In this document: one piece after another, positions 49,301 to 59,277 of the stretch | Layout: each line of letters starts with the position of its first letter | Numbering within the stretch: position 1 is the first letter of the stretch | Source of the DNA: an uncultured virus (IMG/VR IMGVR_UViG_3300042898_001580) | Lineage: Duplodnaviria; Heunggongvirae; Uroviricota; Caudoviricetes; Crassvirales | Direction: 5' to 3' (one strand) | Length of the DNA: 64,000 bases | IMG/VR virus record: IMGVR_UViG_3300042898_001580 | Position numbers and translations under genes: made by a program | The notes under the pieces: generated by a model | Told to the model about the DNA's origin: nothing | The model's input: only the letters and a program-made list of their open reading frames with translations | The model's database searches: none

Positions 49301-49898
49301 TTGCATTATATTCATCTGCCATTATATCTCTCCTTTTACCATCTTCCATTACATAACCTACAGATAGACCTCGATTATCTCTGTTCTGATGTCCAGAATA
49401 TAATTGTATATCATCGTATGGTATAGGGTTAACTGGAGAATTAGGAGTAGGTAAGTATCTATTTACAACATATTTATTGTAAGGATTATTGTCTTTAGGG
49501 TTATATTGTATTGGGTTTATAGATAATCCTTCTTGGTGCGGTGCGTATATATAAGGTTGTGTAGGTTTTTTAAATCTACCCATCCAAGCTTGTTCCATTG
49601 CACCAGGACTAAAGTTTCTAGGCATTGGGTCTTCCCAAGAATCTGTTTTTATTGTAGCAGGAGCTATCCCTGTTCTACGTGTTATATTTGCAGCAGCCCT
49701 ATCATAATCTTTCATTCTAAGGTCAGTGGTATTAGCTTTAAATATAGGGTCATACTTTGTAGTAAGATTATATGCTGCACTACTATCTGCGTAAGCTTTT
49801 AGTCTTGGATCATTTAAATCATTAACAGCAATAGGGGCCTTTTTCTTAGGCCCACCATCTGCATATTTCTTTTTACTTATCTTAGTATACTTTCCCAT
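46392..49898 (-). CDS. Modular virion cargo protein with repeated xxxGG motifs
   Basis: 1168 aa; GGTHEQNALGGVPIG...VEQGE...VFSDRL motif of crAss-like cargo proteins; Gly/Ala-rich segment; 12 xAxGG-like motifs. Confidence 0.75.
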   Translation of the reverse strand: MGKYTKISKKKYADGGPKKKAPIAVNDLNDPRLKAYADSSAAYNLTTKYDPIFKANTTDLRMKDYDRAAANITRRTGIAPATIKTDSWEDPMPRNFSPGAMEQAWMGRFKKPTQPYIYAPHQEGLSINPIQYNPKDNNPYNKYVVNRYLPTPNSPVNPIPYDDIQLYSGHQNRDNRGLSVGYVMEDGKRRDIMADEYNAIMGSSVQGGTKLENTDYAMGGKLNKLGVKNSLWNNIRANKGSGKEPTKEMLEQEAKIKAEYMYGGEMPDMYGKGGYVVKRSSERKGKTHVVTGPDGTKKYFGDSKLGQHPNDPARKKAFYARHKKNLAGNPYFRAFARKTWADGGEIDNAVGQQYIPDTPYLKSGLKQYSSAPQEYINDGYWNYRNPALDSDLENNLEYVPGLGMIPSANDASAALHQYSKNPTKGNGVSAAYEVGSMLPFANEVKLAKPGMKVAYKYIKVPIDAALNAVTDERIIDINPTTRTGSKAAKTNSNVTIRKATHAMGGRMNQAQMLNQGKMRMGSDAPDGEVWKDIGAGAFGVLEGTLDTVTMGATDKLTDAAYKGLQKLGGSDASQVRQQDMIHGFGNIGGAAIGAAVNPASGMTAVNQGIKGLGQGVGNINEDTQGIGNAISGLSSLTGLMPSGGGLEKLSAMGAQMSYKQGGLMHINEGGTHEQNALGGVPIGPNALVEQGETINNDFVFSDRLKPKGSKKTYAQLSKSVDTKYRLRPDDKLSKEAKQMDLDRLAMQQEAQKDEMSTKYMQKAMAMGGTILGPISQSMNVTNGQNTLLAMGGLMSNFMEPTPQYYNPADLDNQYAHGGSIHIKPENRGKFTASANRAGMGVQEFASHVLANKEDYSSTQVKRANFARNFGGKKAMGGNMYAWGGNPLNDPNVRQGANNLADLGYIPEMDQTIYDASDFNESSTDLQGRLNAIEDPYISNLVNARNPFEVISPNTEANFMGQKQGNAFDRSSGAAQNPYPEVGNTGYLTNLAGNLVKAGMVATSKPPIYNPSVKFGRMNANPAERLAMQEGRREIQGTKDIIRNNATSSGQYLTNASLMGSSAANKLAGTIGGIRQQYDTQNVGIGNQEAQLNQQITAANNLAKETFRDNRLNQYNKILDSVIGANQQRFATDVHANNYQNQVLDLLKSGDYQIGFDANGKLTIVPTTK

Positions 49899-52800
49899 TA
49901 ATGGTAAGATTTAGTAATTTGTGTGTTAATATCATGTAAAACTAATCTATGTTGAGGATTGTTAAATGTAAGTGTTACTTTAACATACTTATCACGTAGA
50001 TATGGTTTTATCTTTACATTGTTATAAGGAGGAGTGTAATCTTTTATATGAGATACTCTCCAAGTTCTTTCTCTTCGCTTTAACGTAGAATCTGTTAAAG
50101 GGTTCAAAGAATTAAAGGTAGATTGATAATCATTCTCCATTTTTATTGAAGTAACTGATTCTAGTGGTAAGTTTACTCCAGCATTATTAAATACTTCTGA
50201 CCAAAATTCTAATGTATCTACCCTTGCTGTAAGTAAATTAGTTTCATCAGGGAACTTACAAATGAATGTAACAGAAGCTGGATAATAACTACCATAATAC
50301 TCAAGGAAATTACCTTGTGAATGTACATATACTTTATCTAAAGCATTGTTAGTTGAGAGCAATCTTTTACCTGTATTTAAATATAAGTTAGGTGTAAAAG
50401 GTTCATGCTTCTCAAATGCTTGTAGTAAATCATTATATACTGTTGTAAACTTCTTGTCTATTTTACCTGCACCATCATCTACCTTATTTAAGAAGGTCAT
50501 AAAACACCTATTGTATTTAGTATCATATACTCCATGTATACCTATACCTAATAGTACTTGGTCTGTTTGTAGTATAGGCCCATATACATTTTCTCTGAAG
50601 AAAGCTGATAATCCTTCTACATCTGAAGCAGGAGCTAAGTTTTCTCGTAGTATCATATACTTTCTTAACCTTGCATCAAATGAATGTACACTATCAGGAG
50701 CTACAACTACAGAGTGTTGATGTATAGAACCTGATTCAATAGATATGTATTGATACCTTGTCAATATGTCACCTGTACCTATTTGAGCTGCCAATGTGTC
50801 AGTAGTTCTTAGTGCAGAGTTTTCTTCTGATTGTACCCAACCTACAGCTCTATCTTGATAAGCTATAAGCCTATCTTTGAAGTTTACTATTTTATTTATT
50901 TGTCCGTATGTACCTTCTAAGTCTTTATAATCATTTACTCTGAATATTCTCCAAGAGTCTATTACTTCAGAATCTAGCTTGTTTTGTGAAACCCATACTC
51001 TGTGAGGTTGCTCTTCATCAAAACTTGTATTAAAAGGTTCTGGCACAAACTTCTTTGCATTATTCTTTTGGTCGTAAGATAAGTTAAATAAATTCTCATC
51101 AAACTGAAATGGTGCAAAATCATCTATATTATTCTGTTGTCTAACTTGATCTGATGCCCAGTATTTACCATACCTCATATCTCCATTAATAGGAGCTTCA
51201 CAAGGGTAAATAACTGAAGCTTGTTTGTAGTTATCAGCTTCTTCATATATATTACCTAACCCTGAACCTACTCCACCTCTACTAGCTACACCATGATCGT
51301 CCATCCAAGGAAAAGCAAAATATACACTTGAGTACATTCCTATCCAAGTATCTCCAAACTGTCTAAATGTTTGATTTACAGGATTTGAAGCACTCATTGG
51401 TATAAAATTACCAAAAGCTATGTATTCATTATTATATCTGTTAGCTCTCCAAGGCCCTCCATATTGTCCTATATTAAAAGTACAGTACTGTACTAACCTG
51501 TAATTACAGTTTGGAACACCCCTGTTATCTCTCCAATCGTCAGTTCCTGGAGCAAATATACTTTCGTTAAAAGATAGAAAAGGATTTCCATCTACATCTG
51601 TAGTTGCGCTAAGATTAAAAGTAGTATTGTATTGTAATGTATTGGCTATTTGTCCTGTAACAATAAATTCTGATGTTTGTCCTAATCCTGCTATTTTTCC
51701 ATCTCCGCCAAGTGTGCCATTTTTTAATACTACATTATGAAAATCATATCGCATTACAGTAGGAGCAACAGTTCTTAATACAATAGAATCTATACCTACA
51801 TTTTGACGTGCATCTATTAAATTACGTATTTGTGTAGTAGGTATACCTAAAGCAGAGTCATTGTATTTTAACCAATACCCAAAGCAATGATCTAACCCTG
51901 AACCTCCTCCTGGATTTTGTGCAAAGTATTGAGATTCATACGCTTTAAAGCCTTCATGTAATTTTATAAATGTAGCACTTGTAAGAGGTAATTGTGCATC
52001 AGCCATAGGGGATTTAATCAACCCTATTCTATTTGGCTGGTTGTTTGGGCCAAGTTGTAAAGGCCATAAACCACTTCTTATAAAGGATATTCCTCCTCCT
52101 CCATTAGCTGTATTACTTTCTTGGTCAGGGTAGCTATTCCAGTTATCAGATGTAGTAGTTCTTTTATATACTCCTGTTACATAAGTATCTGTAAATTCTC
52201 CATTTACTTTCAGTTGGTTATTGTTAGTATCCATCTGCATTACAGGTAAATGTAAGCCTGTACCAAACCTAGTTTTATTCTCGTCAGTTCTTTCTACATA
52301 AACAATTTGAAATGCAGTAATATCATCAGGTAATCTATCTGTTCTTATTGTAAATTCTAACCCTATACTACGAACCTGTAAATAGTTTACATTGTCTGTA
52401 AGATTATTTAAAGCCAGATTATAGTTAAAGGGATTAGCACTTGGGTCTACTGTATTATATTCTACAGCTTCAGGAGTACGTATATCTCCCATCCAATTTA
52501 CAAAAGAAGTTTCTCCTTTCTTATTTAAAGTCCTTATACCAACTCTATATGTTTCACCTCTTTGTAAAGTAAGGTATATAGATTCACGTGAGCTTGATTT
52601 TAAGTTTGCAAAACCTTGTTGTAGATAATCTTGCCCTGTTACACCTAAGTTTACAGAACTTGTATTATTACCTGCTGGTACATTAATAAAGTCTGTACCT
52701 CTTGGTGAATATACAGGGCCTGAACCATTTGTACCTTCGTTGTGGTCTAAACTTCCTGTTACTACCCAATCACAAGACATATCTTCTTTTACAAACTTAT

Positions 52801-54460
52801 AACTTACATTTGGCCCTGAGCCTCCTAAAGTTAATCCATCTGCTTGAAATTTAAACTGATAGATATTATCCCAAACAGATACATCACCTGTTGGGAATAA
52901 TCCATATACAGTACCTGATTCATCATTATAAGCATTTACTAAGTCTTCTGAATCAGAAATATCTTGAGGTGTAATGTTTGTACCATTAACATTGTATATC
53001 TTATAGCTGGTATTTATAAGTTTATACCTACCATCTTGTGACCATACTTTAGCTACTTGAGGTGCTTCATCTGTAAAATTGTATGGAGCCTTACCTGAGT
53101 ATCTGTAAACTCTTGCATCAAAATCTAATACATAGTTTTTTGTAGTAGTGTTTGCTGCATACAGCCTGTTGTATTTGTAAGTTATTGATTTACAAGTATC
53201 AAACTGTATGTTAGGATTTATTACTTCTTCTAAAGATAGTGCTGTATCTGATTCATTACCTGAATGTACAAAGAACATCTTCTTTGAAGTAATATTAAAC
53301 TCATTAAATTTATAGAACTCTGGTATGTTGTTATTTTGGTATATTACATAACATACTTTTATTATGGAATATCTTTGGTCAATGTTGTTTATATAAAACC
53401 TTACTGACTTAGTACTGTTAGTACCTGATATAGCTCCTTTATATTGTTGTGAACTTTCTGCATACGTACTATCTGTAAGCATTATAAGGTTACTTATATC
53501 AGAATATGGGGATAATGCCCCGTCAGTAGACTGCAATTGATAAAAGTACCCTATTTTACCTACAGGAATATTACCTGTATTTGGTATAATACTATCTAAT
53601 ATAGGTACAGATAATGCTACATCTGCTTTCCAATCTAGTAACCCAGGAGGAGTTGTAAAGCTGTTCTCCAATGCAAAATTAAATGCCCTTGGGTAATTAT
53701 AATTGTCCGTCCAATAGAATCTTTGAGCTTGTGTATTTTCATACCTTCCCTCAATTTCCCTATATATTTCATGCTGTAAAGATAAATTTAATCTGTCATT
53801 ATAGTATAAATGGTCTACACAATTTAGTGCTGTACCATTAGGAGAAATTACTGTATCTGTAACTTCATTATAGTCTAGTTTCCATATTTGTGATATGTTA
53901 CCATCAGGATCTGTGAAAGGAGCTACATTAGTTTTCTTTGTAGTTAATATACCTATTGAATCTCTTATCTGCTTCCAACCTACAATAGCTAAATCAGTTT
54001 GAGCTGGTATATGTAAGGATAGTGTAAGTGGTTGTGATGGACTAGAAAATGCAGGTGAAGATATAACAGGATTTTGTGTAGTTCCTATTACATAGATAAA
54101 ATCTAAGCCTAGTTGTATTTTAAAGCTATCTTGTACAAAAACTGACATTTGTGAAAATAACTCATCTATTGTAGTTGCAGTAGATAGAGTTATAAATCTT
54201 CCTTGCCCATTTATATTTATAGTATATCCTAATGCTTCTGTAGGTAATCTACGTATGGTAATCTTATAAATAGCAAATGTATCAGGTATCTCAAAAGAAT
54301 ACTTGTTTCCTTTTGGAGTTTCTAAAGCTAAAGTAGATAAACCAAGTTCAGTTACTATGTTAAAACCTAAGTTTTCTAGTAATGTATTGTTTGCTGTTTT
54401 ACCCTTACTTAAGTCTTTATTTAATCCTTTGTCAAATGTATTTCTAATGTATTCTCCCAT
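49898..54460 (-). CDS. Tail stabilisation (muzzle-like) protein
   Basis: 1520 aa; NTFDKGLNKD start, YWTDNYNYPR, QRGETYRVGI, DSWRIF...YGQINKI, YLRDKYVKV; crAss-like position. Confidence 0.8.
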   Translation of the reverse strand: MGEYIRNTFDKGLNKDLSKGKTANNTLLENLGFNIVTELGLSTLALETPKGNKYSFEIPDTFAIYKITIRRLPTEALGYTININGQGRFITLSTATTIDELFSQMSVFVQDSFKIQLGLDFIYVIGTTQNPVISSPAFSSPSQPLTLSLHIPAQTDLAIVGWKQIRDSIGILTTKKTNVAPFTDPDGNISQIWKLDYNEVTDTVISPNGTALNCVDHLYYNDRLNLSLQHEIYREIEGRYENTQAQRFYWTDNYNYPRAFNFALENSFTTPPGLLDWKADVALSVPILDSIIPNTGNIPVGKIGYFYQLQSTDGALSPYSDISNLIMLTDSTYAESSQQYKGAISGTNSTKSVRFYINNIDQRYSIIKVCYVIYQNNNIPEFYKFNEFNITSKKMFFVHSGNESDTALSLEEVINPNIQFDTCKSITYKYNRLYAANTTTKNYVLDFDARVYRYSGKAPYNFTDEAPQVAKVWSQDGRYKLINTSYKIYNVNGTNITPQDISDSEDLVNAYNDESGTVYGLFPTGDVSVWDNIYQFKFQADGLTLGGSGPNVSYKFVKEDMSCDWVVTGSLDHNEGTNGSGPVYSPRGTDFINVPAGNNTSSVNLGVTGQDYLQQGFANLKSSSRESIYLTLQRGETYRVGIRTLNKKGETSFVNWMGDIRTPEAVEYNTVDPSANPFNYNLALNNLTDNVNYLQVRSIGLEFTIRTDRLPDDITAFQIVYVERTDENKTRFGTGLHLPVMQMDTNNNQLKVNGEFTDTYVTGVYKRTTTSDNWNSYPDQESNTANGGGGISFIRSGLWPLQLGPNNQPNRIGLIKSPMADAQLPLTSATFIKLHEGFKAYESQYFAQNPGGGSGLDHCFGYWLKYNDSALGIPTTQIRNLIDARQNVGIDSIVLRTVAPTVMRYDFHNVVLKNGTLGGDGKIAGLGQTSEFIVTGQIANTLQYNTTFNLSATTDVDGNPFLSFNESIFAPGTDDWRDNRGVPNCNYRLVQYCTFNIGQYGGPWRANRYNNEYIAFGNFIPMSASNPVNQTFRQFGDTWIGMYSSVYFAFPWMDDHGVASRGGVGSGLGNIYEEADNYKQASVIYPCEAPINGDMRYGKYWASDQVRQQNNIDDFAPFQFDENLFNLSYDQKNNAKKFVPEPFNTSFDEEQPHRVWVSQNKLDSEVIDSWRIFRVNDYKDLEGTYGQINKIVNFKDRLIAYQDRAVGWVQSEENSALRTTDTLAAQIGTGDILTRYQYISIESGSIHQHSVVVAPDSVHSFDARLRKYMILRENLAPASDVEGLSAFFRENVYGPILQTDQVLLGIGIHGVYDTKYNRCFMTFLNKVDDGAGKIDKKFTTVYNDLLQAFEKHEPFTPNLYLNTGKRLLSTNNALDKVYVHSQGNFLEYYGSYYPASVTFICKFPDETNLLTARVDTLEFWSEVFNNAGVNLPLESVTSIKMENDYQSTFNSLNPLTDSTLKRRERTWRVSHIKDYTPPYNNVKIKPYLRDKYVKVTLTFNNPQHRLVLHDINTQITKSYH

Positions 54461-55431
54461 TATAATAATCTACTTACAGGGTTATTTAATGCAACACTTC
54501 TTGGTTGGTTCCAAATCTGTTGAGGAGTTTGTAGGTGACCAAAGAATGAATTATGCTCAAAGAATCTTGGAAGTAGTTTAACACGAGAGTTCTTTAAAGA
54601 TTCCCATTCATCCATTGATTGAGGCATTTTAGCTTCAGCACGTGCTTTTCTAAACCATAACTGATGGTTAGCTTGGAAATAACTTAATTTAGTTTCTGTG
54701 TATTTATCAGTTAGAAATAAGTTAAAAGCAATCTTTTCAGCACAAAACCATTTAAGGTATTCTATTACTGATTGTGTATCAGGTACTAAAGGTAAACCAT
54801 TCTCATCTAAAGGTACAGCTCTGTATGCCATACATACTTTACCTTCTTTGAAAGAAGTAAATATGTAGTTGTTGTTTACTGTATAAGTAAGGTCAGAATT
54901 AGCCCGTACATCTAAGTCACAATTATGGTAACCCTTAAAGAATGTATGTGTAGCCCAACGCATTGGGTGTAGAGTTAATGTAGTACAAGGTGAATCTTTA
55001 CAACAACCTTGACATCTTTGGTCTGAACCTATATGGCAGTTACAATCTGTAAACTGATTACATAGTGCTGAACCATCTCCAAGAGTACATTCAGTACCTG
55101 TTTCTATATCATAGTAAGCTATACCTGATAAAACGTAAGGAGGATTAAAAGGACTTCTTCTTTCTTCAGCTCTTGCTGTTTGAGTTATAGAAATAAGGTC
55201 ATAAGGTAATTCTCCTCTACCATCAACTATATCTATCAGAGGTAAATGTCCTAAAGCTAGGTTACCATCTGTTAGTTTATCTACATAATACCTTGGTTGT
55301 TTTAACCTGCGTAAGCCATCACCAATCCATTGTACCACATCAGCTACTTGTAGTTGGTAGTCATAAGATTTAAAATCACGGAAAAGCTCATTCATTATAT
55401 ATGATGAGCTTACATATTTACCATTATACAT
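54460..55431 (-). CDS. Tail ring (tubular) protein
   Basis: YIFTSFKEGKVCMAYRAVPLDENGLPLVPD motif; adjacent to stabiliser. Confidence 0.7.
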   Translation of the reverse strand: MYNGKYVSSSYIMNELFRDFKSYDYQLQVADVVQWIGDGLRRLKQPRYYVDKLTDGNLALGHLPLIDIVDGRGELPYDLISITQTARAEERRSPFNPPYVLSGIAYYDIETGTECTLGDGSALCNQFTDCNCHIGSDQRCQGCCKDSPCTTLTLHPMRWATHTFFKGYHNCDLDVRANSDLTYTVNNNYIFTSFKEGKVCMAYRAVPLDENGLPLVPDTQSVIEYLKWFCAEKIAFNLFLTDKYTETKLSYFQANHQLWFRKARAEAKMPQSMDEWESLKNSRVKLLPRFFEHNSFFGHLQTPQQIWNQPRSVALNNPVSRLL

Positions 55432-55924
55432 CTTCTAAATAGTCTAATTGTGGATTTTTCTCTTTCATAAATGCTATGTAACGTTGAAATCCTCTGGAAG
55501 GTTTGAATTTATACAAAGTTTTATTCCTGTAATGATGGTAAGAGGTATCCCATTTTATCTTGTAAATATATTCATCTGTATGTACATTGTCATGAAACAC
55601 TAAAGAACCTTTCTGTTTTGTCTCTTTCCAGTTTACACTTCTCTTCTTGAAGATTTTACCACTAGGAAATTCCATTACTCTGTTTTTCTTCTTTGTTACA
55701 TATATATTACCTAACCCATAAGGCATAGGAAACATACTTGCAGAGTGAACTATGGTATGTATTATATCCTGCATTAAGCCAAACTCTTTACATACTTCTT
55801 TAGTTCTCCAATCATACATAGAATCTCCATTACCATATAAAAAGTTGTTATACTCTTCATACGATAGTGGAGATTTAGATTTTTGCTTGTAATAACTATA
55901 ATGGTCTTTATTGAGTATTCTCAT
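55424..55924 (-). CDS. IHF/HU-like protein of crAss-like structural module
   Basis: MPYGLGNIYVTK...VNWKET...YKFKPSR. Confidence 0.65.
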   Translation of the reverse strand: MRILNKDHYSYYKQKSKSPLSYEEYNNFLYGNGDSMYDWRTKEVCKEFGLMQDIIHTIVHSASMFPMPYGLGNIYVTKKKNRVMEFPSGKIFKKRSVNWKETKQKGSLVFHDNVHTDEYIYKIKWDTSYHHYRNKTLYKFKPSRGFQRYIAFMKEKNPQLDYLEDV

Positions 55925-56621
55925 TTGGGTTTATTGGTGAGCCTACTTTGGCATTACTTAAGCTAAGGTCTTGTGGTGAAGATAGTTTAATTTTAAACTC
56001 ATTTGCTAAAATATCATTCTTCATATAGTTCCAAATTCTTTCATCCAAAGGATATGCAGTATCTGGGCCCCAACAAGGTTTATTAGAACAATCACTAAAT
56101 TTACCTGCTTCAGAAGGATACCTAAATACAGCTCTCATAGAAATCTTTTCTATTAAGCTGTAATTAAACTTGTCTTTACACCATAAGTAAATTCTGTTAT
56201 TATAGTAGAAAGCTCCTATTCTATTTTTCTCATATCTACCTTCACCAAAGTATTCTAGGTTCTCGTATTTTATAAGTTGAAAAGGAATGTTGTATATACC
56301 TACAGGGCTTACTTTAGCTATTAGTTCTCCATCAGCTAAAGAAATTATTCCTGGAACCTCTTCCTTTGTACGAAGTATATCACAACCTACTATAGTAGAA
56401 CAACATTCTGCAATATCTACTGTTTCTATATCTAAACAAGATAATGTTTGGTAGTACACATTAGGTACTACTTTATTGAATTTATTAAATTCAAGTTCAA
56501 ACCATTTTACTCTGTATTCTTCTATATACTGATCTAATAACCTGAAAGTCAGGGTAGAGTCATCTGAGTATTGATTAATGGCTTCTAATAGCCCAAAACG
56601 GAGCTTTTCTAATGTTAGCAT
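55908..56621 (-). CDS. Tail ring or structural protein
   Basis: SDDS...YQTLSCLDIETVD...CDILRTKEEVP; synteny with crAss-like ring genes. Confidence 0.65.
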   Translation of the reverse strand: MLTLEKLRFGLLEAINQYSDDSTLTFRLLDQYIEEYRVKWFELEFNKFNKVVPNVYYQTLSCLDIETVDIAECCSTIVGCDILRTKEEVPGIISLADGELIAKVSPVGIYNIPFQLIKYENLEYFGEGRYEKNRIGAFYYNNRIYLWCKDKFNYSLIEKISMRAVFRYPSEAGKFSDCSNKPCWGPDTAYPLDERIWNYMKNDILANEFKIKLSSPQDLSLSNAKVGSPINPNENTQ

Positions 56622-56624
56622 GAT

Positions 56625-57785
56625 TTAAAATATATGTTCGTTCTCATAAATGCTTGTACTATACTTATCTACTATCTCGTAGTTATAGCCACATTTGTTA
56701 ACCATAAAGTTAGTTTGTACCCACTTGCTACTACCATATAAAGATAAAACATTCTTGTAACGGAATATCTTTCCACTTTGTTTTGATGAAAGATGTAAAT
56801 CTCCTTTTACTAAATGTATTGCAGGAGTTTGTATTTTATGGTAGTGTATGTAAGCATTTATGTAATTCTCTGTTTTTTCATTTAGTGTTGCTGGTAATCC
56901 AAACTTCATATCCTTATCATCTTTACCGTGAGTAAACATAAAAGTATGCTGACCATATTGTAAGTGGTCTATAAATTTAGTTATAATAGTCCTTTTTATA
57001 TCAGGATATTTAAGAGATAAGTAGATGTCTAGTAATCTGTTAGCTGCGTAAGAAAACCCTCCTCCATCATGGTTTGAGTTTGTACAAGCAACATACTCTA
57101 TTCTTTTAGCTGCTTCCATGTGTACTATTGAATCAAATAAATCTTTATGTGCTTCAAAGAATGTATCTAACTGTTCATTGTTATCTAAGTTCTGAGGAAG
57201 TATGTGCCCACCTCTTGTAGTTTGTTTATTATAACCATCAAGAGCATCTCCTAAGTTTACTATGTATAATGCATCAAATACACCAAAGAACTCTTTATTC
57301 TGTTTTATAGTAACTAAGGTATGTTGTAACCTTTCTTTAAATACATTAGCATCATAATGGTTAGGAAACAAGCTGTTATTAGAAGTTTTGGCTCCTATGT
57401 GTAAATCAGCTAAATAAATGAAAAGAGCTTTTCTATTATCTTTTTCTTCTATCTTTATTCTTACTGGAGAAATCTTATCTTTAAATGCTGTTTTAATGCT
57501 TTCTAATGCATCATCTATTGATGTGAGGCCCAATGTTTCATGCCAACTTCTTTTAGTTGTTATAGTGAATCTTTGGTTTTCTCCCTGATCCCAAAACTTT
57601 ACTTTGTCTACAGCACTAATAGGTAATTCTAAATAATCAAGCTTCTCTTGAAGAGGAGTTTTCTTAGACCTGGCTAGGATTACATTTTCTATTGTAGCCC
57701 CTAGTTTTTTGGCAAGTCTTTCTGTATTAAGCTTTCTTAAAGAAGAATCTTCAAGTAAAGCCTGTTTAATTTGTTCTACAGTCAT
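56625..57785 (-). CDS. Calcineurin-like metallophosphoesterase
   Basis: DLHIG, GDALDG, SNHD, THG, GDLH. Confidence 0.8.
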   Translation of the reverse strand: MTVEQIKQALLEDSSLRKLNTERLAKKLGATIENVILARSKKTPLQEKLDYLELPISAVDKVKFWDQGENQRFTITTKRSWHETLGLTSIDDALESIKTAFKDKISPVRIKIEEKDNRKALFIYLADLHIGAKTSNNSLFPNHYDANVFKERLQHTLVTIKQNKEFFGVFDALYIVNLGDALDGYNKQTTRGGHILPQNLDNNEQLDTFFEAHKDLFDSIVHMEAAKRIEYVACTNSNHDGGGFSYAANRLLDIYLSLKYPDIKRTIITKFIDHLQYGQHTFMFTHGKDDKDMKFGLPATLNEKTENYINAYIHYHKIQTPAIHLVKGDLHLSSKQSGKIFRYKNVLSLYGSSKWVQTNFMVNKCGYNYEIVDKYSTSIYENEHIF

Positions 57786-57789
57786 TTGG

Positions 57790-58425
57790 TTATTTTTGAA
57801 GTTTAAATGCTTTTTTCACACCAAAGGTAATACTTTTTCCTGAAAAATCATATTGTGCTTCATACACCATACCTTTTGGAGTAATTATACCTGCATTTAT
57901 TCCTGCCACAAAAGTATTTTTATTACCACCAATAGCTCCTCCCACAGTTAAAGACAGGGGTTGTTTATATACAGTTCTTGTTTTGTATATAGTTATAGAG
58001 TCTGTCTTAGTTATTACAGGATACTTATAAGTATAATCTAGTTTAAGAGAGTCTAAAGTACCTGTTACTCTTGCTACTATTTTACCTGTAATTAAACTAT
58101 CTTGTACTATCTGGGTATACCTATTTACTTTTAAATCCAAGCAAGTATCCTTATATTCTTTAATAAGTTCAGGTTCTGCTATTTGTACATACATAGTTTT
58201 AGTAACTGTTTTATATACAGTATCTACTGTAGACTTTCTTATTATAGAGTCTACTACAGTTCTGTCTAAGTATTGTATCTTAGGTTTATTACAATACTCC
58301 AATCTTAGTAGTAAAAATACTATTATTATTGAAAGTACTGCAATTACTTTATTCTTTATGCTCCAAGTCTTTAGGTTGTTCCACAACTTCTCCAAACGTG
58401 ATATTACCTTGTTTTTCAAGCTCAT
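57790..58425 (-). CDS. Membrane-anchored protein, possible spanin-like lysis accessory
   Basis: N-terminal TM, T/V/D-rich stalk (DTVY, DSIT), C-terminal beta-strand Gly pattern. Confidence 0.55.
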   Translation of the reverse strand: MSLKNKVISRLEKLWNNLKTWSIKNKVIAVLSIIIVFLLLRLEYCNKPKIQYLDRTVVDSIIRKSTVDTVYKTVTKTMYVQIAEPELIKEYKDTCLDLKVNRYTQIVQDSLITGKIVARVTGTLDSLKLDYTYKYPVITKTDSITIYKTRTVYKQPLSLTVGGAIGGNKNTFVAGINAGIITPKGMVYEAQYDFSGKSITFGVKKAFKLQK

Positions 58426-58540
58426 TTGTTATATGTATAAATTGGTTTATAGCATTATAAATATCTCCCCAATTAGGGTCTTTTAATTTTAAGAATGGCT
58501 CTACCTGAGCATTAATTACTTGTTGTTTTGTTGCTTTCAT
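58349..58540 (-). CDS. Hypothetical protein
   Basis: Probable start ATG 58540 (MKATKQQ); overlaps both neighbours. Confidence 0.45.
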   Translation of the reverse strand: MKATKQQVINAQVEPFLKLKDPNWGDIYNAINQFIHITNELEKQGNITFGEVVEQPKDLEHKE

Positions 58541-58910
58541 TGTTATTATAATTTGATTTGCCAAATATACGGATAATATAATAAAATAACCATTTAGTAA
58601 ATTGGTTGGTATTTGTCTTACCCATATCTAATAAGAATTGTTTATCTGCAAATTCTCTGCTGTATAGTTTATTATCATATAGATAATCATGTATTATAGA
58701 AGGCATAACATAAACACCCTGTTGTGAGTATATTCCTCTTAGTAGCTTTGGTATACTAGCCCCATTACTTATGTAATTAACAGGTACTATTATTTCTATC
58801 CCATTAGATAGCGTATGCTTAATAGGTACTTTAATTTTAAACCTACCTCTTGTAGATTTAGGCAGTATTTCTACTATTGGATTATCGTATATAGTTAGGT
58901 ATTTAGCCAT
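58512..58910 (-). CDS. DUF1353-like protein
   Basis: VP...SNGASIP...IIHDYLY...ADKQF...IRIFG. Confidence 0.75.
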   Translation of the reverse strand: MAKYLTIYDNPIVEILPKSTRGRFKIKVPIKHTLSNGIEIIVPVNYISNGASIPKLLRGIYSQQGVYVMPSIIHDYLYDNKLYSREFADKQFLLDMGKTNTNQFTKWLFYYIIRIFGKSNYNNNESNKTTSN

Positions 58911-59277
58911 TGAATCTACCTTGTTGCTCTGCTCTTAATACAACGCTTTCTTTAAAATCTTCATTGCTTATAGGTAAGACTATGCTTTCTAAAAAATGAA
59001 CATAATCATACTCCCCCCACGCTCCTGGGGTATCAGGTGGAACAGGATTTCCGTTTGACGGGTCAACAAATGTAGAGTTATCCGCCCTTAGTTCCACGGT
59101 TATGTTTCTTACTATTCCCGTTGGGCTATTCTCTAAAACACCATTAAGGTAATGCTCCACTTCAACTAATAATACGCTGTATTTTTCAGCGTGGTAGCTA
59201 AACGTACCTTTTATAACCGCTTTACGAGTATAGTCAGGCAATGCGGGATGTGGTGTTAATAAGTCTATTGTTTGCAT
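58903..59277 (-). CDS. Hypothetical protein, possible fibre chaperone
   Basis: 124 aa directly downstream of the tail fibre gene, coupled. Confidence 0.6.
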   Translation of the reverse strand: MQTIDLLTPHPALPDYTRKAVIKGTFSYHAEKYSVLLVEVEHYLNGVLENSPTGIVRNITVELRADNSTFVDPSNGNPVPPDTPGAWGEYDYVHFLESIVLPISNEDFKESVVLRAEQQGRFNG

